Positions 47,451 to 50,051 of a stretch of 50,051 nt of DNA are shown here, in pieces. The notes under the pieces are model-generated. The model saw only the letters and a program-made list of their open reading frames with translations, was not told the DNA's origin and did no database searches. The position numbers and the translations under genes were made by a program. The stretch is from Chloroflexota bacterium (lineage in GTDB: Bacteria > Chloroflexota > Dehalococcoidia > Lucifugimonadales > UBA3495): positions 1 through 50,051 of the forward strand of contig JADFPD010000003.1 of NCBI GenBank assembly GCA_022562475.1, given 5' to 3'. Each line of letters begins with the position of its first letter. Position 1 is the stretch's first letter.

Positions 47451-48566
47451 ATGGCTGTGCAAAATCCCCGATACCAGAAAGACTTGGCGGATTTCTCCAT
47501 CGAATATGACCCCGCTAAGGCATTCTACGTCAAGCATCGCCCGTTTATCCTCCAGGTTTCCCTGGGGGAAATGAGCCTTGAAGACGCATTCTGGGTGGAG
47601 CTGGGACCGGAATACGTTAACTTCCGCCTCAGCGAGTTCCTCGACATCGTTTTCCCCCGGAATAAAAGGCAACAAGCAAAGTTCCGCTCTACGCTCGATG
47701 TAAAAGAAAACCCGGACCTTCCGGAGATGTACGCCGCTTTGCTGGAGATATTCGATGAGTGGCGTAGCGGAAAATGCTCTCTTCAGTTCTTTGCCAACCT
47801 GGGCCCAGAGATCAAACTAACCGACCGGCTGGACGACCATCTCAGCTTGATGCGATCAGCGGAGCATCTGATCGAGGAAACTCCATTGTTGGACTTGGTG
47901 ATCGAACAGAAAATCGACGTTCTGGATTACCTGACCACCGCTGGTTATTTTAAGAACAAACAGACAACGATGGAATTCATGCAGGGAAATATGCTGATGT
48001 ACTTCCTGGAAAAGCATAATTACAAACTTTCGATCGCGCCGATAGACGACATCGATAAAAAACTATCGCCCATCGCCAGGAAGCTACACTCGGTGAACCT
48101 GATCGCACCATCTGAACTGGACCAAATCTTTGAAATATCCGAGGAAGGCAGAGAAGCGATCGGGAGAACGATCGCTGAGACAGAATCCTATATAAATCAA
48201 TACGACGTGTTTAAAGACGTGTACTACGATTCCGGAAGCGGGGCGATCGAATTCAATACTGGACGCGGACAGGACCTGAGAGTTCAGATCTATGAGTACG
48301 AAGAAGTGGACCCGGTACGGGTCGTATTCTTGCTTCGCCTCTACGATGGGACATTTGACGAAGTCTTGGCAACCTGGCGTGATTCGATCCACTCGGAAGA
48401 ATATTTCGGCGAAGTTTTAAGCCCGGTGGTCAACGCGGAGCGTATCGACGAAGATATGGTTGACTTGGTCATCGAAGCCGGATACAACTTCTCTGAGCTA
48501 CGTTCCGATACATCTGTCGAAGTAGAGACGCAGGAAGAATTGCTCAGACGGATCGAGAAAAAGTAA
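47451..48566 (+). CDS. Hypothetical acidic cytoplasmic protein
   Basis: 371-aa ORF closing the co-directional run; possible winged-helix segment LHSVNLI...FEISEEGREAI. Confidence 0.75.
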   Translation: MAVQNPRYQKDLADFSIEYDPAKAFYVKHRPFILQVSLGEMSLEDAFWVELGPEYVNFRLSEFLDIVFPRNKRQQAKFRSTLDVKENPDLPEMYAALLEIFDEWRSGKCSLQFFANLGPEIKLTDRLDDHLSLMRSAEHLIEETPLLDLVIEQKIDVLDYLTTAGYFKNKQTTMEFMQGNMLMYFLEKHNYKLSIAPIDDIDKKLSPIARKLHSVNLIAPSELDQIFEISEEGREAIGRTIAETESYINQYDVFKDVYYDSGSGAIEFNTGRGQDLRVQIYEYEEVDPVRVVFLLRLYDGTFDEVLATWRDSIHSEEYFGEVLSPVVNAERIDEDMVDLVIEAGYNFSELRSDTSVEVETQEELLRRIEKK

Positions 48567-48582
48567 AGGACCGCCGTCTGCG

Positions 48583-49509
48583 TCAGATAGCTATGAACAG
48601 TATCATTGCCGAGCTTATGACCACGGAGCTTTCTATGAAAGCCACGCCCAGGTTGCGGTCGACTGCCATGGCTCTTGATGCAGAAACGGTGGGCAGCAGC
48701 AACTTGTCCAGCATCAACCTCATCACGTAAAGCAGCGCAAAACCGATCACACCAAAGGTTATAAAGGCCGCGATTCCTTCGTTCCACCCGTCGAAATCTC
48801 CGAACACTGCCTTAAATGTCACTAACCCGATGGCGATCAGGTTTCCTCCCAACGCGACACCTACGGCAGTATTTTTGCTTTCGATCTCGGAATGCATATC
48901 GAATGACGTCGTCAGTTGGTAAAACAGGGCAAACGCCACCAGGAACACTAATCCCATTCCAAAGAACGCCGCTGCTGTATCCGGGCCACCGCCTTCTCCA
49001 GCCAGGGAGCCGGCGATCAATAGCCCAGTGGCGATATACATCCCAAACTCGGCGGCGCCGCTACCGACATTTTGGCCTTCAACCACCTCTTTCTCGATAT
49101 CGAACCGGTAAAGTATCAACCGGTTCATGAAGATCCTGACCAGGTTAAGAGCTGCGATGCCCGCTAAAGAATAGAGAAACACTCTCAGAATGTCCTCGGC
49201 ATATTCCCGGTCGAATCCCAGACCCTCCACGGCGATAGAAGTAACCGGCTGGTACAAAGCGCCAAGAAAAACGAGGATGACGCCCATGAAATAACCGCTA
49301 AGCCGCACCGAGACCGCCAAATTATTCTTGTTGACGACCTCATCATCGATCTTGTAGGGGGTGATGATGTCCCGCGCTAACTTAGCGATCACCAAAATGA
49401 CCAAACCTAGCCCGACAAACGCCAATCCTCGAGGGAAAATCTCCAGTGTATCGATAAAAGCGTCAATCATTGCTTCGCCACCTGTAAACCGTTCATTCTG
49501 CTTTTCCAA
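48583..49509 (-). CDS. DUF350 (YjfL-like) tandem-domain membrane protein
   Basis: Repeated motif TPYKIDDEVVNKNNLAVS / FDIEKEVVEGQNVGSG / FDMHSEIESKNTAVG / AVDRNLGVA between TM helices. Confidence 0.85.
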   Translation of the reverse strand: MEKQNERFTGGEAMIDAFIDTLEIFPRGLAFVGLGLVILVIAKLARDIITPYKIDDEVVNKNNLAVSVRLSGYFMGVILVFLGALYQPVTSIAVEGLGFDREYAEDILRVFLYSLAGIAALNLVRIFMNRLILYRFDIEKEVVEGQNVGSGAAEFGMYIATGLLIAGSLAGEGGGPDTAAAFFGMGLVFLVAFALFYQLTTSFDMHSEIESKNTAVGVALGGNLIAIGLVTFKAVFGDFDGWNEGIAAFITFGVIGFALLYVMRLMLDKLLLPTVSASRAMAVDRNLGVAFIESSVVISSAMILFIAI

Positions 49510-49826
49510 TCATAGTTGATTTAGGAGTATATATTAGACGTTAAGCGAACAATCTATGAGGAATATCGACCTGCCCGTTGGATTTTGTTATTGTAGTGGG
49601 CACGCTGGAGCAGGTCAAACGAATTCCTTGTGAATTCGGTCAGGTCAATGGATGGTCCATCTATCAAAATCCTCGGTCCACCTAAACAAAGCCAGGCAGC
49701 CGCCAGTGTAACCTCCCAAAGAGAAAGCGGTCTTGACGTCGCCGCAAGTGCGGCAATTATGCCATCGGCGAAGCTCATGACTCGATCTGTGGGTCGCCAT
49801 TTGACCATATTGGAGTTGAAGGGACT

Positions 49827-50051
49827 TTGATCAGCAATCCGAATCAGGCCACGGTTGAGGAATTAGCGGAGTTGGCAGTGGTGTTTAAAAACGCCGCGGA
49901 TTCGATTGCAACCCCGGCTTTCGTCTATGAAGACGCGTTTATCGTGTCCCGATGTGAGTACCTCAAAGCGATTGCTGACAGAGCCGGATGCAAGCTCCTT
50001 TATTCAGTCAAGGCGCTAACTTTGCCCTGGGTCCTGGAACTTATCGCCCCT
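49827..50051 (+). CDS. 5' part of a fold-III PLP decarboxylase (carboxynorspermidine/diaminopimelate decarboxylase-like), truncated by the window end
   Basis: Not in ORF track; MISNP...IATPAFVYEDAFI..RCEYLKAIADRAGCKLLYSVKALTLPWVLELIAP has the TP.FVY motif and the YSVKA PLP lysine. Confidence 0.75.
   Translation, partial: MISNPNQATVEELAELAVVFKNAADSIATPAFVYEDAFIVSRCEYLKAIADRAGCKLLYSVKALTLPWVLELIAP

Larger units (their letters stand above)
40426..50051. mobile_element. Putative tRNA-Lys-integrated genomic island (left part; continues beyond the window)
   Basis: Begins exactly at the tRNA fragment; visibly lower GC and more A/T-ending codons than the left of the window; accessory gene content; no integrase visible here. 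Confidence 0.6.

Noticed and set aside
63-49830. The many overlapping alternative-frame and antisense ORFs in the track (e.g. 2786..3481, 3725..4534, 18112..18873, 20491..21342)
   Set aside because: Shadow ORFs expected in high-GC DNA; they overlap well-supported genes and carry no recognisable motifs.

Overview
A GC-rich bacterial chromosomal window. Gene content (luciferase-like/F420-type oxidoreductases, TPP enzyme, acyl-CoA dehydrogenases, enoyl-CoA hydratase, many Pro/Thr-linked lipoproteins) suggests Chloroflexota, probably Dehalococcoidia/SAR202-like; this is inference. Positions 1-40.3 kb are mostly housekeeping and catabolic genes (radC, nnr, acpS, metF, leuB, glcDEF, rsmG, DEAD-box helicase, subtilase, TRAP solute receptor). 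Two genes broken by the ORF caller at an in-frame TGA read through as probable selenoproteins: a CPA1 cation/H+ antiporter-rhodanese fusion (YCS-U-PND) and a DUF3179 lipoprotein (Y-U-TLC). Both have a 5-bp stem with the same CGUGU loop 20-21 nt after the UGA, a candidate lineage SECIS. At 40382-40425 lies an isolated 3' half of tRNA-Lys(UUU), a likely att site. Beyond it a visibly less GC-rich island runs off the right edge. It carries a NAT/transglutaminase-like Cys-His-Asp enzyme, an RCK K+ channel, a divergent SecA paralogue, a lipoprotein with a Gly/Ser/Arg tail, an unknown protein, a double-DUF350 membrane protein and the start of a carboxynorspermidine-decarboxylase-like gene. This may be an undescribed polyamine/envelope system with its own translocase. 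All family calls come from motif recognition by eye; no searches were run.
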